A DNA stretch of 64,000 nt from Podarcis erhardii (lineage: Eukaryota). How positions within the stretch are numbered: position 1 is the first letter of the stretch; the number at the start of each line of letters is the position of its first letter. Of this stretch, positions 22,827-35,434 are shown one piece after another. A program made the position numbers and the translations under genes. The notes under the pieces are model-generated. The model was not told where the DNA came from. It ran no database searches and saw nothing but the letters and a program-made list of their open reading frames with translations. The stretch lies in NCBI GenBank assembly GCA_964252035.1, contig OZ176205.1; one strand, written 5' to 3'.

Positions 22827-25095
22827 TATCTGTATTTGGTAAGACTGAAATCCTATACACATTTACTTGGGATTAAGCCCCATGAACTCAGTGTGACCTT
22901 TTTCTTGAATTGGCACGTACAGCATTGCATTTCCAAGCAAGACTGCTTCTATAGCAGTGTGCTGATATCCTAGCAATGCTATGTTAATTGTGGGGCTTAG
23001 GAACACATCTGAGGATTTTTTTTGAAAAATGCAATGCTAAAAAGGCCTCGTTGAGGCAAATGATGTAGGCATGTCCAGGGATATATTCATTTTGGTCTTA
23101 AGTGGCCATCTGTATAAATTTTGTACTGGCAAAATGTTATATACTTGCAGGTGTTAGTGATCTTTTAAACACTATTCCTACAGAATGCAGATTAGCGGCA
23201 GGGCAACTAAAGTGGATGCTCTTTAGGGTTGCCAAGAGATTTCTATTTTGAGCCTGGATACCCTTGTTCATTATCCAATAGTCCTCACCATCCTTGGTAC
23301 AATTCGAACCTATCTTTTTTTTAAAATAAATGCCAATTCCATGTGTAGCTATTTGGACATCTGGAGGGCTAATACAGATTTATATGTGTTGATTTTTAGA
23401 TTTAAGCACAGATGAATGCTGTATTCACGGATGTCAGCTGATATAACAGAAGAAAAGCCTGCTGGATCCTGCCCATCTAGACTAGGATCCTGTCCTCACC
23501 AGGGCCACTCAGATGCCAGTGGGAAGCCTGCAAGGTCAACATCAGCACAACAGCATTCTGCTAGTGGTCTCAAATTTCAGCCAAATTTCAGCGTCCCTCT
23601 GCCTCTCTGGCACTTCATTCTAAATCATAGCTGTGGCGCCCCCCAGTGGCACTCCCAAGGCTTCACACCCGTGTGACCGAACCAGCTTTGACCCCACCAA
23701 AACCTGCCTCTTTAACACTGTCCACCTGCAATTCCCAGCTTGCAAACAAATCCTTTCAGATGCAAATCTACTCTTGTTTCTTGCCAAACATTCCTAATTT
23801 CTGCAACCTAATTGTGTCTGTTTTTTGGGTGGGGGGGTAGTTTGTTTGCTAAAGCTGCTGTTTAAGTATTTTAAGAAACAAATTCTTTCAAATATTCTGC
23901 ATTATAATGTGTCGCTGCATTCTTCAGATCCTTATCAAACGCTGTAAAAATAATCTTCATTCAGGTACGATTTAGGAAACAGGAAACTCCAAAGCAGCTC
24001 TTTGTCCGTTGTTTTAATTTTGGCAGTCGTGTTCTCTCGAGAGGATTCTCTGCTTCCAGTGCCTAGCAGAAACTTAATTTTTATATGTTGTCCGTGCACA
24101 GTCTGCAATTTGCTGAACACTGGCTGCTCTGATTCCAGAGGCACCGGTTTCCGTAATTGTTGAATAAAGACGAGGAGCCTGCCAATTTAACTCCCAATGT
24201 CACATACTCCCAGAAGCAAATAGCCAGCCACTGGAATTCTTGCTGGCTTCTGCTAAGCAATTCGGTTCCTCCCTAATCTGATCTGATCTCTTTCTTACTA
24301 TACAAGTTGTTTGCAGTGAAGCTTTATAAAATAATTATATATTTTAATCTTCTCCCTGCCCAAAATTAAGGCTGCAAATGCACACTGAAAAGCAACAACA
24401 GCACCCTCAACACAGATAAACACATTGCATATCACTGACTGAAATAATCATGTAGTATAATAAAAACAGTTGGCCCATCGTTATTCATTTGCATATTCAG
24501 GAAGGGCTTATGGGTGTTTCTTGCTCTCAATGAACCCATTGCATGCCTCAGGGAGAAAAATGGTGCAATGATCTAGCACTCAGCAAAATGCCCCTCAGAA
24601 TAATTGTTTTACAAATAAAAATATTGTTTGATGTGTGTGTTTTTAATCAATGACAGGGAGGATAATAATAATAATAATATAGAATATGCATTGCAGTTCT
24701 AAAATATTTTCAAAAATATTAATACTAGAACAGTGTTTCCTTTTGCAGCAAGTAGCAAAGAGATTGCTCATCCTCACTTCAGTGTCTGGTTCAAGCCTAG
24801 ACTTGCCAGATACCAGGGTTTAACTGGGTTTGCTGACAGTTCAGGTTTTGTTCCATGCTGATGAGTTAACGCTAGCAAAGAGCAACCCGGAATTCTTGCA
24901 ACTGCCGAGTCTCTGGAGGGCAACCACCACGTCTGCACTTTTGCCACTCACAGCACCAAGCAGGTGTGGCAGGGAGACTACTGTTAAGGTCCAGCAATGG
25001 TCAATGTGGGCTGTGATACGAACTATCAGATCCTAGGTCAGGTCAGCCCTGCCTTCAGAATGACCCATTTGGGGGGCTTTCTACTAGGCATTAGG

Positions 25096-25632
25096 GACGC
25101 GGGTGGCGCTGTGGTTTAAACCACAGAGCCTAGGGCTTGCCGATTGCAAGGTTGGCGGTTCGAATCCTCATGATGGTGTGAGCGCCCGTTGCTCGGTCCC
25201 AGCTCCTGCCCACCTAGTAGTTTGAAAGCATGTCAAAGTGCAAGTACAGTGGTACCTCGGGTTACATACGCTTCAGGTTACAGACTCCGCGAACCCAGAA
25301 ATAGTATCTCGGGTTAAGAACTTTGCTTCAGGATGAGAACAGAAATTTCCTCCGGGGGCACGGCAGCAGCAGGAGGCCCCATTAGCTAAAGTGGTGCTTC
25401 AGGTTAAGAACAGTTTCAGGTTAAGAATGGACCTCCAGAACAAATTAAGTTCTTAACCTGAGGTACCACTGTAGGTACCGCTCCGGCGGGAAGTTAAACG
25501 GCATGTCCGAGCACTGCTCTGGTTTCACCAGAAGTGGCTTAGTCATGCTGGCCACATGACCTGGAAAAACTGCGGACAAAACGCTGGCTCCCTCGGCTAG
25601 TAAAGCGAGATGAGCGTCAGGGGTCCCTTTAC
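25096..25632 (+). mobile_element. Sauria/Squam1-type SINE interrupted by a Tigger-like MITE (25247-25471)
   Basis: The SINE body resumes after the MITE at TAGGTACCGCTCC. Confidence 0.88.
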
Positions 25633-25932
25633 CTTCATATGCTGGGCATTGCTGCTCAACCCAACCCTCCCACAGCCCCACATGGGTGTAGCCTTTGTGT
25701 TTTGTCAAGGTATAGAGAAGATAAACTTCCCTAGCTAATCTAGGTTTGAAGACCCAAAGGAATAGCAAGCAATGCTAATCATTTACCCAATCTGAAGGTG
25801 TTCAACCATAAAATTCTTGCCATCTCCCTGACTGCTGGACCAGTGGAAGCACTGCAAAGTAGACCAGTCACTGGAGCAAATCTGAAAAAAAAGACTAGGT
25901 TTTTTTAAAAAAGTGCATTTGATTATATCGTA

Positions 25933-26134
25933 CAGTGGTACCTTGGGTTAAAGACGCTTCAGGTTACAGACTCCGCTAACCCAGAAATAGTACCTTGGGT
26001 TAAGAACTTTGTTTCAGGATGAGAACAGAAATCGTGCGGCGACATTAGCTAAAGTGGTACCTCAGGTTAAGAACAGTTTCAGGTTAAGAATGGACCTCCA
26101 GAACGAATTAAGTTCTTAACCAGAGGTACCACTG
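25933..26134. mobile_element. Tigger/pogo-like MITE
   Basis: TA-flanked TIRs. Confidence 0.85.
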
Positions 26135-27334
26135 TATTACCTAATAGCCAGGGCCTGGTAGTGTTGGGTTTTCTCAGAAAATGCAGCTCTGCTGTGGCGG
26201 ACAGTCCATGCGCAGCCTGATTCTGTGCATGGCTACTCAAAAGTTAAGTCCCACACTGAGACTTACTCCCAGGTAAGCGCACCTGTAGCTTTTCAAGAGG
26301 CATCTGCAACAAAAGAAAAAAGGCCAGGTGGGAGGGCCAGCTCAGGAAGGCTGTTGAGAAAAGTGACTTGGGGACGCAAGAAATCTTCTAAACAGTAAGA
26401 AATGCCACAATGTCCTGTTCTACACCCGTCTCCTGCCTTGACTGCTACAGCCACCTTCTTGTTACTGAAATTATTCATTTAATTATAATTTCCTGCTTGC
26501 TGTCATTTGTAGCACAAACACCTTGTTTATTATTTTCAAAGCCCTTCATTGCCTTGCCCCCAGCCTGTAATCTTCAGCCCTCCAACCTAAACCTCCCCCC
26601 CCCATCTTAGTCCTTTAGAATCATAGAATTGTAGCACTACCAGACCATAGCATGGTGATCACAATGCTCTTTGCAGCAGATAAATCTCATCGGGAGGTCT
26701 GATCTTTAGAATGTGGGAATTGTTTTTATATGTGAAATTATTTTAAATATGTGGAAATCATTTTATAGTTGTTTTATTATAGTGTTTCTTAAATTGCTTT
26801 CAGGTGTTTCACATGAAGCAATTCATAAATGGGCTGCAGTAAATTAACCCCATCATAGCTGTCTGAAGCTCTCCTGCGCCCTTTCTCACACTCCCCCCCC
26901 CCCCAGGAACACCTCCATCTTTTCCTTCAGATCCGCCTCGAAAACCCAACTTTCCATTAAAACCTTTGCCACAGCACTTCAATCGTCAACCCTTATTGGA
27001 ATCTAACTGAACTTAAACTTCTTCCGCTCCTCTTTACCGCTGCCCCAAATTGAATGTTAACTTGCAAATTCCTTGGGGGCAGGAATTTCTGTTGCTACTG
27101 TTAGCAGGCCCAGTTTTAGCTGGGGCTGCTACCAAACACACATATGCACGCACACAAAACAACACACAAAAAACAAGGTTACGGCTGAAGAGCCTTGCAC
27201 AGACTTTTGGGTATGGGTTTTATGTGTAGCAACATTCCCCCAGGGAAAAGATGGGGAACCTCTGGAAGAAGCCAGCTCCCATCAGTCCCAGCCATAATGG
27301 TCTGGAATTATGGAAGTTGTAGTCTAAACAACAA

Positions 27335-27660
27335 GGGACATGGGTGGCGCTGTGGTCTAAACCACAAAGCCTAGGGTTATCCGATCAGAAGGTCGGCGGT
27401 TCAAATCCCTGCGATGGGGTGAGCTCCCGTTGCTCAGTCCCTGCTCCTGCCAACCTAGCAGTTCGAAAGCACGCCAGTGCAAGTAGATAAATAGGTACAG
27501 CTCCAGCGCTGCTCTGGTTCTCCAGAAGCAGCTCAGTCATGCTGGCCACATGACCCAGAAGCTATACACCGGCTCCCTCGGCCAGTAAAGCAAGATGAGC
27601 ACCGCAACCCCAGAGTTGTTCGCTACTGGACCTAATGGTCAGGGGTCCCTTTACCTTTAC
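27335..27660 (+). mobile_element. Sauria/Squam1-type SINE
   Basis: Head GGGACATGGGTGGCGCTGTGG, tail CCTTTACCTTTACCT. Confidence 0.88.
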
Positions 27661-27914
27661 CTAGTCTTAACAACATCTGAAAGGCTGCCAGCTCTTCAAA
27701 CCTGCTCTATGGCACACAAGACTCCTGGAGGAGCTAAAACTGCTGCCTGTATGAACCCACACGAAAGGGTCTGCGAACGACTCCTTCTTTTGTAGTGACC
27801 CCCCAAAGCCCTGTAATACCACTCTCAGGAATAGCATATTCCTTCACGACTTTTGAAGTGGCGTCTCAGGGTCTTTAAGGGCATTTGGCTACTTCGGTTG
27901 CGCTCAGATTTTTA

Positions 27915-28050
27915 ACATAGAATCATAGAACGGTAGAGTTGGAAGGGACCCCAAGAGACATCTAGTCTGGCCCCCTGCAATGCAGGAATCCACGACAGAT
28001 GGCCATCCAACCTCTGCTTAAAAACCTCCATGGAAGGAAAGTCCACAATC
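27915..28050 (-). mobile_element. CR1 LINE 3' end fragment
   Basis: CATAGAATCATAGAA tail and a body matching 38715-38850. Confidence 0.75.
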
Positions 28051-28179
28051 TATACATATATATGTATTATACTGCCACTCATGCTACGTTTATGCATTCT
28101 GATGGTAAAAGCCACCTGGGACAAAAGGCCGATTAAACTTGTTTAAATATAAGTAATTCTGCTTGACGTGGTATTACAG

Positions 28180-29060
28180 CTGCCAAGGTGCCAGGAAGAT
28201 GCGCGTTCTGTCTTCCACCCTCGCTAGGGGACTATCTGCTTTAAGGCCGTCCAGTCAGGGGGCACATACCCGATCTATCAGCTTCCCTTGCGCCCATGCA
28301 CGACTTTTCTGCGGGAGAGGCGAGCGCAACTTGGGATGAGGGCTGCGATTTCAGAAGAAGTTGCGTCCCGTCTGAAAGGGAGAACAACCCATGCGCAAGA
28401 GAAACTCTCCATTTCCCCCGATCTCGAGAAGCAGCTGAAGTGAGAGAAGATGAAGAAATCCGAAGCGCCCGCGGGGGAGGGAAGACAAAAACAAAACAAA
28501 ACCACAAAACACAAATCCCGTCTCCATACGACGCGCCTCGTTTTTGCAATCTCCAGATCGTTGCGCGCAGCTGCAACAAAACCTGTCGCGCGTCGTTGTC
28601 TTGCGAGGGAAGCGCTGCGGGCTTCCGACGTGCTCCTCCAGAAAAAGATGGCCAGAAAAAGCGACGCGGGGGCCGGCCCCGTGGGGCTGCTGGGGCTGAG
28701 CGTGGGTCTCGCCCTCCTGCAGCTCCTCGGAGGGGGGGTCACCGCCGCGACGCTGAAGGGCAGCGCTTACCAGGGGCTGCTGGTCGCCATTCACCCCTCC
28801 GTCCCCCAAGAGGCGAAAATCGTCTCCAGCCTTAAGGTAAAAGATGAAGGGAGGAGGCAACCGGCGCTGTTGCCAATGGACCCTTCGCGCATCTGGTGAT
28901 GGGAAGCGGACCCGAGGGGGAAGGGACCCCGCAAGGTCATCCAGTCCAACCCCCGCCCCGACCCCGCAATGCAGGCATCGCAGCTAAGTCCTAATGGCTC
29001 TGCCTGCCTACGATTGTCATTTTACCACTTTGGCATCACGCACATCTTCCGCGTTGCGGT
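28180..29060 (+). promoter_or_regulatory. CpG island over the CLCA2 promoter and exon 1
   Basis: Dense CpG and high GC compared with flanks; contains the start codon. Confidence 0.7.
28648..28836 (+). CDS. CLCA2: CLCA2-like calcium-activated chloride channel regulator, exon 1 of 14 (signal peptide; gene 28648-49528, 941 aa)
   Basis: MARKSDAG...YQGLLVAIHPSVPQEAKIVSSLK, AAG|GTAAAA donor. All 14 exons join in frame (2826 nt). Adjacent to ODF2L, as human CLCA2 is. Confidence 0.88.
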
Positions 29061-29984
29061 TATGTATCGCCACCTGGATTGCCTTTGAGCCTTGGTGATT
29101 CAGATTTTGCCTGCCCCTGCCCCTCTTAGTTTACCAGCGGGCACGACTGAGCACATTGAAGATGCTTCTATTGTCTCCCTGTCTTCTGAACTCCGCACGA
29201 GTCTTCAGTTGCAAGGGTGCAAATATTTTTTGTTTGCAAAACACAGCTCTAATGCTATAAAAAGGTGGCAGGTTGTCTGTGCCAATTTCGCGACTCTCAG
29301 TGGTTTAATGCGTTCAGGGGGATTTTTCTATGTGAAACCCACCAGTTGCACAACCCCCCCCCCCCTAAGGAGTTGGTCACGGTGCTCGTGGTGTTGCATA
29401 GACCTCCCTTTGCGCCTTTAAGCAAAATGTACTGATGCATCCGTTCTTTAAAATTCTGTTCCGTGGCTGCACGTCGAGGCATCTTCCACAAACATGTGGT
29501 CTCCCTGAACACATTTGTTCCTCTGCGCCTTTTGCAAAGTATTTTTCTCATTTCCATGCTCAGCAAGAGCTACAGCTACCCTCGTATTGATCAGATCCAA
29601 AGCATTCACGGAGGAAAGTGTGGAATCCCAAGGATGCTCGCTGTGATCTGAAGGTGCACTTTGAAAGAACAAAGGTCGTTAGATCCACTGCTTGCTTGTT
29701 TGAATCCTTTCATTCAGCTGGTATTGGGGGGAGACGTATCTTCCTTCATCTATGTAAGGTGGTGTCACTGTCAACAGCTCTTATTCTGCCTAATGCTCCT
29801 TTAGCGAGTATATACACCAGGCACTACAGAACGGCCCTGTTGGCTTCCGCTGATGCTGACTTTGGGTGCATAGTTCGTAAACGGGTACTTTAGTCTCAAT
29901 AAATGCAGTTGGAACCTAAGACAGAAGGCAGCCTGCCTCTCCGAAGGATGGCTGCTGCTCCTGACCAAGCATTCAAGGGGGGCT

Positions 29985-30535
29985 CAGTGCCGGATTTACG
30001 TATAAGCTAAACAAGCTATAGCTTAGGGGCTCCCCCAGTTAGGTCTGTAAATTACCATATAGCATAAATTCAACACAAAAAACTGTGACAATTTGTTGTT
30101 GACAAAGGACAGCTGAACATATAAAGGGCCCCATTACCTTCAGTAAGGGATGCGGGTGGCGCTGTGGGTTAAACCACAGAGCCTAGGACTTGCCGATCAG
30201 AAGGTCAGCGGTTCGAATCCCCGTGACGGGGTGAGCTCCCGTTGCTCGGTCCCTGCTACTGCCAACCTAGCAGTTCAAAAGCACATCAAAGTGCAAGTAG
30301 ATAAATGGATACCGCTCTGGCGGGAAGGTAAACGGCATTTCTGTGTGCTGCTGTGGTTCGCCAGAAGCGGCTTAGTCATGCTGGCCACATGACCCGGAAG
30401 CTGTACGCCGGCTCCTTCAGCCAATAAAGCAAGATGAGCCCCGCAACCCCAGAGTCGGCCACAACTGGACCTAATAGTCAGGGGTACCTTTACCTTCAGT
30501 AGCTTAGGGCCTCATCAAACCTAAATCTGGCCCTG
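29985..30535. mobile_element. hAT-like MITE carrying a Sauria-type SINE (30146-30489)
   Basis: TIR-like CAGTGCCGGATTTA / TAAATCTGGCCCTG; SINE flanked by the 12-bp duplication TTACCTTCAGTA. Confidence 0.85.
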
Positions 30536-31259
30536 GGGGCACTACTGACCTCCCTCCGCATGCTCTATCTCTAGGCAGATCTAGTTGCCGTCCTAACCCT
30601 AGTTACCCCTAGGGCGATGAACCATTTCTGCCTGTCAAATAGCTGCCAAAAACTGAACGGTAATCTTAAATCCATATATATATATATTTAATAGTAAAGA
30701 ATAATGTTTGGGATCCTGATCCCCTATAGTTATGGATTTAAAATCTGAAAGTGTTCCCCTCTTTTTTGCTGTACATCTGGACTGGATCTGGTCTCTGCTT
30801 CCGGCGGTCAGGAATTAAGGGACTTTCTGTGGCAGACTTCACTGCAGCACACCCTGAAAATTATGAAGTTGCACCTCTTTCAGAATTCACCAGATCTTCT
30901 GGATCTGGGTGAGAAAGGTCATTGGATATACCTGCCCAGGACTCTGCAAACTACGTGTTACTTCTCATGGCTTGTTCGCTCAGCTCCTACAACTTCCTGC
31001 TCCACTTCTCCCTCCTGGCTCCTTCCCCGATGTAACTGGTTCCAGACAGGCAGGGACTTGTAACCCTACTTACAGTTTCAGGAAGTCATAGACTGAGATC
31101 CTTGGATGCTGATAAATCTATTGTCAGTGAGATGAGAAATGCAAAGTTGTTCCCCCACATATCCCCTGTGCCCATGGGAATAGCCTCCTCCTAACTGGAG
31201 AAATGATGCTTTTATGCCAATCTCTTCTAGCATTGCTGTTTAGCAACTATAGCAAGCAA

Positions 31260-32150
31260 GCTAGCTAAATAAATAAATAAATAAACAAATAAATTATTAT
31301 TTATACTCCACCCATATGGCTGGGTTGCCCCAGCCACTCTGGGTAGCTACCAGAAAAAACACACACAATCAAACATTAAAAACTTATCGAGGCAGGGCTG
31401 CCTTCAGATGCCTTCTAAAAGTTGCGTAGTTCTTTATCTCCTTGACATCTGAAGGGAAAGTGTTCCACAGGGAGTGCTCCACTGCCGAGAAAGGCCTCTC
31501 CTTGGTTCCCTGTAGCTTCAATTCTTGCAGTGAGGGAACCACCAGAAAGCTCTCAGAGCTGGATCTCAGTGTCCGGGCAGAACGATGGGGGTGGAGACAT
31601 TGCTTCAGGTATACAGGACCAAGGCTGTTTAGGGCTTTAAAGGTCAGCATCAACACTTTGAATTGTGCTCAGAAATGTACTGGGAGCCAATGAAGGTCTT
31701 TCAAGACTGGTTTTATGTGGTCTCGGCAGCCGCTCCCAGTCACCAGTCTAGCTGCCACATTCTGGATTAGTTGTAGTTTCTGAGTCACCTTCAAGGGTAG
31801 CCCCATGTAGAGCGCATTGTAGTAGTCCAAGCGGGAGATAACTAGAGCATGCACCACTCTGGCGAGACAGTCTGCAGGCAGGTAGGGTCTCAGCCTGCGT
31901 ACCAGATGGAGCTGGTAGACAGCTGCTCTAGACACAGAATTGACCTGCACCTTCATGGACAGCTGTGAGTCCAAAATGACTCTCAGCCTGCGCACCTGGT
32001 CCTTCAGGGGTACAGTTACCCCATTAAGGACCAGGGAGTCCCCCCAACTGCTTGCCCCCCTGCCCCCCAAACAGTACTTCTGTATTGTTGAGATTCATCC
32101 CCAATCCATTATCCTCCATCCATCCTCCAACCGCCTCCAGACAATGTATC
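31260..32150 (-). mobile_element. L2-clade LINE 3' fragment (ORF2 C-terminus)
   Basis: ORF 31669..32070 (VISRLDYYNALYMGLPLK...HWLPV) is typical of L2 ORF2; (TAAA)n tail. Confidence 0.88.
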
Positions 32151-33307
32151 AAGGAAGGGCTGCGAAGGAGTAGTTAAGAATGCAGTCCTGAACACACTTA
32201 CTAAGAAGTCAACCCCATCGGATCAAGTCCGCCTTTGGAGTAAACATATGCATAGGATCACATTGTACAGAATGCTTCTAGAATTAGCCATATTTATTGT
32301 GAGGAGAACAGGTTTGTGTTTCCTTGGCTCAAGAATGCGTGTGAGGTGAATCCAAATGTTTCATGATAATGGCAAGCTTGGTTTGGAAATCCCTTTGGAT
32401 TTCCTAGTAGAATGGACATGCCATATCGACACTGTGGTGCTTGAACCCTTCTGTTAAGATGGTGGATTTAAGGAGTGGCCTGGAGAGGTCTAGTTTTAAT
32501 GCGAGTGAACCTGCCGCAACAGAAGCCGGTTGTTTTTGCTGCATCAGCCTATATTTACAGTTGTGAAATTATGGAGGCAATTATAATTGCCCAGACAAGC
32601 TGTGTGTAGTGTGTGTTTCGAATCTGGCTTCATGCACGCTGCATGAAAGCTACTGCTTTGAAAGCGTTGTGAAATTGATAAAATAGTCCTTGTGTCCTGG
32701 CTCCCTGTGGTAGAATTTCTATGTAGTTTGAAGCACAAATGCTTCACCTTTAGCTATGAGGATCGAGGGAAAGGTTTGCCACTTTTCAGTTATCATAAAA
32801 TGTTTTCATAAGCAGCAAAGCATTTCAGGAATGCAGATATCACTACCAAGCCATTTTCTGGCATTTCTCCTGCCTTCCTCAGCCCTGCAGCTGCTTATTA
32901 TGGGTTGTTTTAGTCTGTGTTCGCTGTACACTCCTTGCACTTCCAGTGCTGGCATTTTTTTTATCATCCAACGTGTGTTATGTATCCCGTACTTTGTTAT
33001 AAAATACCGCCATTTAATGTGTTGGTTCACAAACCAGCTTCATGCCATTTGGGGTCTTTAAACCATTCCTAACTTCAGGACCTCTTTTTCTAGAAAAATA
33101 GCACTGAATAGGACAAATTATTAATTAAAAATTTCTGGGTTAACATAATCTTCACTATTTCTCAAATCAATGTTCCTCCCCCCCCCCCCAGCTTCATTCC
33201 AGTCTGACTTGCTGATTGCACAATGATTTATGAGTTTACACTTTCCTCCTTGCATGAGCTAATGATTCTCGCTAATCCACTTTCGTATCATTTCGTTCTC
33301 TTATTAG

Positions 33308-33445
33308 GAAATGATTACTGAAGCTTCCTTCTACTTGTTCAATGCTACACAAGGAAGGGTTCATTTTGGGAGTGTCAAAATTTTAATACCTGCAACATGG
33401 GAAAGAAACAATTACGCAAAGCCAACGCAAGAGGTGTACACAAAG
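33308..33445 (+). CDS. CLCA2: CLCA2 exon 2 (EMITEASFYLFNAT...VYTK)
   Basis: 138 nt, AG/GT; EMITEASFYLFNAT is the human CLCA2 wording as I recall it. Confidence 0.95.
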
Positions 33446-33529
33446 GTACGTATTAAGGGCAGTGTCCTGGGCCTGCTATCCTCATTTCTTCCATCCATCC
33501 GCCTCCAGTTAAAATAGTTGCTGAACACA

Positions 33530-33615
33530 GTAAAGGTAAAAGGTAAAGGTAAAGGACCCCTGGACAATTAAGTTCAGTCAAAGGCGACTATGGGGTGCAG
33601 CGCTCATTTTGTTTC
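33530..33615 (-). mobile_element. Sauria-type SINE 3' fragment
   Basis: (AAAGGT)n tail plus short body. Confidence 0.7.
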
Positions 33616-34159
33616 AGTACTAAATGGCAATGCCTTTGGATACTCTGTTAGTAGGGCTTTAAAAAAAAAATGTAAACGTTAGTTAGATCCAAAATTCTCA
33701 AGATTGTTCTGATCCTAATAGATGCTGGTTTGCTACAGGCGTGCATATAATAGATGCACTTTTTTGTCTGGCCAAGCATATCCAGATATGTATAATCTTG
33801 ATCTGTGCTTTAATCTGGTTTTTAGCTTATCATTGATTTTAATTATCTTTGTTCTAAACAGTTGCATTTTACTGTTTTTGCTGATTATCTCATTGTTTTA
33901 TTCTTCTCCATAAACCACTTTGAGGCTTTTTACAATCAAGTGGTATATAAATTTTACTAATTGAATGAACAGCATATCCCGTCCTATGAGTTTATTTGCT
34001 TGCATAGCGAGTGAATCTCAAAGCTACCTTATTTGTGGGGGTAACATAATGTGTAAAGTCATTTCAAGATTTGCTCAGAACAAATCTTGTACGCTCCATT
34101 GCTAATAGCACAAAGAGCAGGTTATTTCTGATCATGTGGTAAGTACAGCTAATACAGTA

Positions 34160-34566
34160 CAGTGGTACCTCAGGTTACAGACACTTCAGGTTATAGTGCT
34201 TCAGGTTACAGACTCTGCTAACCCAGAAATAGTACCTCAGGTCAGTGGCGTAGCGTGGGTTGTCAGCACCCGGGGCAAGGCAAATAATTTGCGCCCCCTA
34301 ACCCGTGGATTTGCGCCCCCTAACCCGCGGATTTGCCCTAACCCCAGATGTTGCGCCCGGTGCGGCCGGCCCCCCCTGCACCCCCCACGCTACGCCACTG
34401 CCTCAGGTTAAAAACTTTGCTTCAGGATGAGAACAGAAATTGTGTGGCAGCGGAACAGCGGCAGCAGGAGGCCCCATTAGTTAAAGTGGTACCTCAGGTT
34501 AAGAATAGTTTCTGGTTAAGAACAGACCGGCCGAAAGAATTAAGTTCTTAACCTGAGGTACCACTG
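34160..34566. mobile_element. Tigger-like MITE with a nested hAT MITE (34243-34400)
   Basis: Inner TIR CAGTGGCGTAGCGTGGG; 8-bp TSD CCTCAGGT at 34235-34242 and 34401-34408. Confidence 0.9.
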
Positions 34567-34986
34567 TAGTTATCTACTGCCCACACCCACAGTGCATTTG
34601 TGTGCCTCTTCATACCTTCCAGCTTTTAAATGTGCTGTGCTGATGCTATCATTAATCAGAGGAGCCAACTTGGGTCCCAGGTTATGGGTGCCCACCGTGT
34701 GTGGCATCATGACGTCATGCACGCCCCCTGGCCTCAGAACCTGACTTCCAGTGGCACCTCTGAGGCCTGAGAGATGCTGTCTGAGGCCTTGAAAAACCTC
34801 AGAGGTTGTGGGGGGCCCCTGTCGTGTGGGTGTTGAGCACCCACAACAACATTTTTGTGGGTGCCCAGGTACCCAAAGCCCCCTATAGTTGGTGCCCCTG
34901 TTATTAATTAACAAGCATTAGGAGTTCCTGTATGTTGAGACTTCATTCCTCTTCACGTTTCTCTGGTAGTAAACCTCATTGAACTG

Positions 34987-35434
34987 TAAAGGTAAAGGTA
35001 AAGGTAAAGGTAAAGGTAAAGGTAAAGGTAAAGGTAAAGGTAAAGGTAAAGGTAAAGGTAAAGGTAAAGGTAAAGGTAAAGGTACCCCTGCCCGTACGGG
35101 CCAGTTGTGACCGACTCTGGGGTTGCGCACCCATCTCGCTTAAGAGGCCAGAGGCCAGCACTGTCCGAAGACACTTCCGGGTCACGTGGCCAGCGTGACG
35201 AAGCTGCTCTGGCGAGCCAGCACCAGCGCAGCACACGGAAATGCTGTTTACCTTCCCGCTATAAAGCGGTACCTATTTATCTACTTGCACTTTGAGGTGC
35301 TTTCGAACTGCTATTTTGGCAGGAGCAGGGACCGAGCAACGGGAGCTCACCCCGTTGCGGGGATTCGAACCACCGACCTTCTGATCGGCAAGTCCTAGGC
35401 TCTGTGGTTTAACCCACAGCGCCACCCGCGTCCC
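34987..35434 (-). mobile_element. Full-length Sauria/Squam1-type SINE with (ACCTTT)16 tail
   Basis: Head at 35434, tail 34988-35083, flanking TTGAACTG repeats. Confidence 0.92.

Noticed and set aside
28135-28144. p53/p63 half-site AAACTTGTTT upstream of CLCA2
   Set aside because: Only one half-site, which is expected by chance; the adjacent decamer does not match.
34953-35236. ORFs with (YL)n, (FT)n and (LP)n runs
   Set aside because: Translations of the (ACCTTT)n SINE tail.
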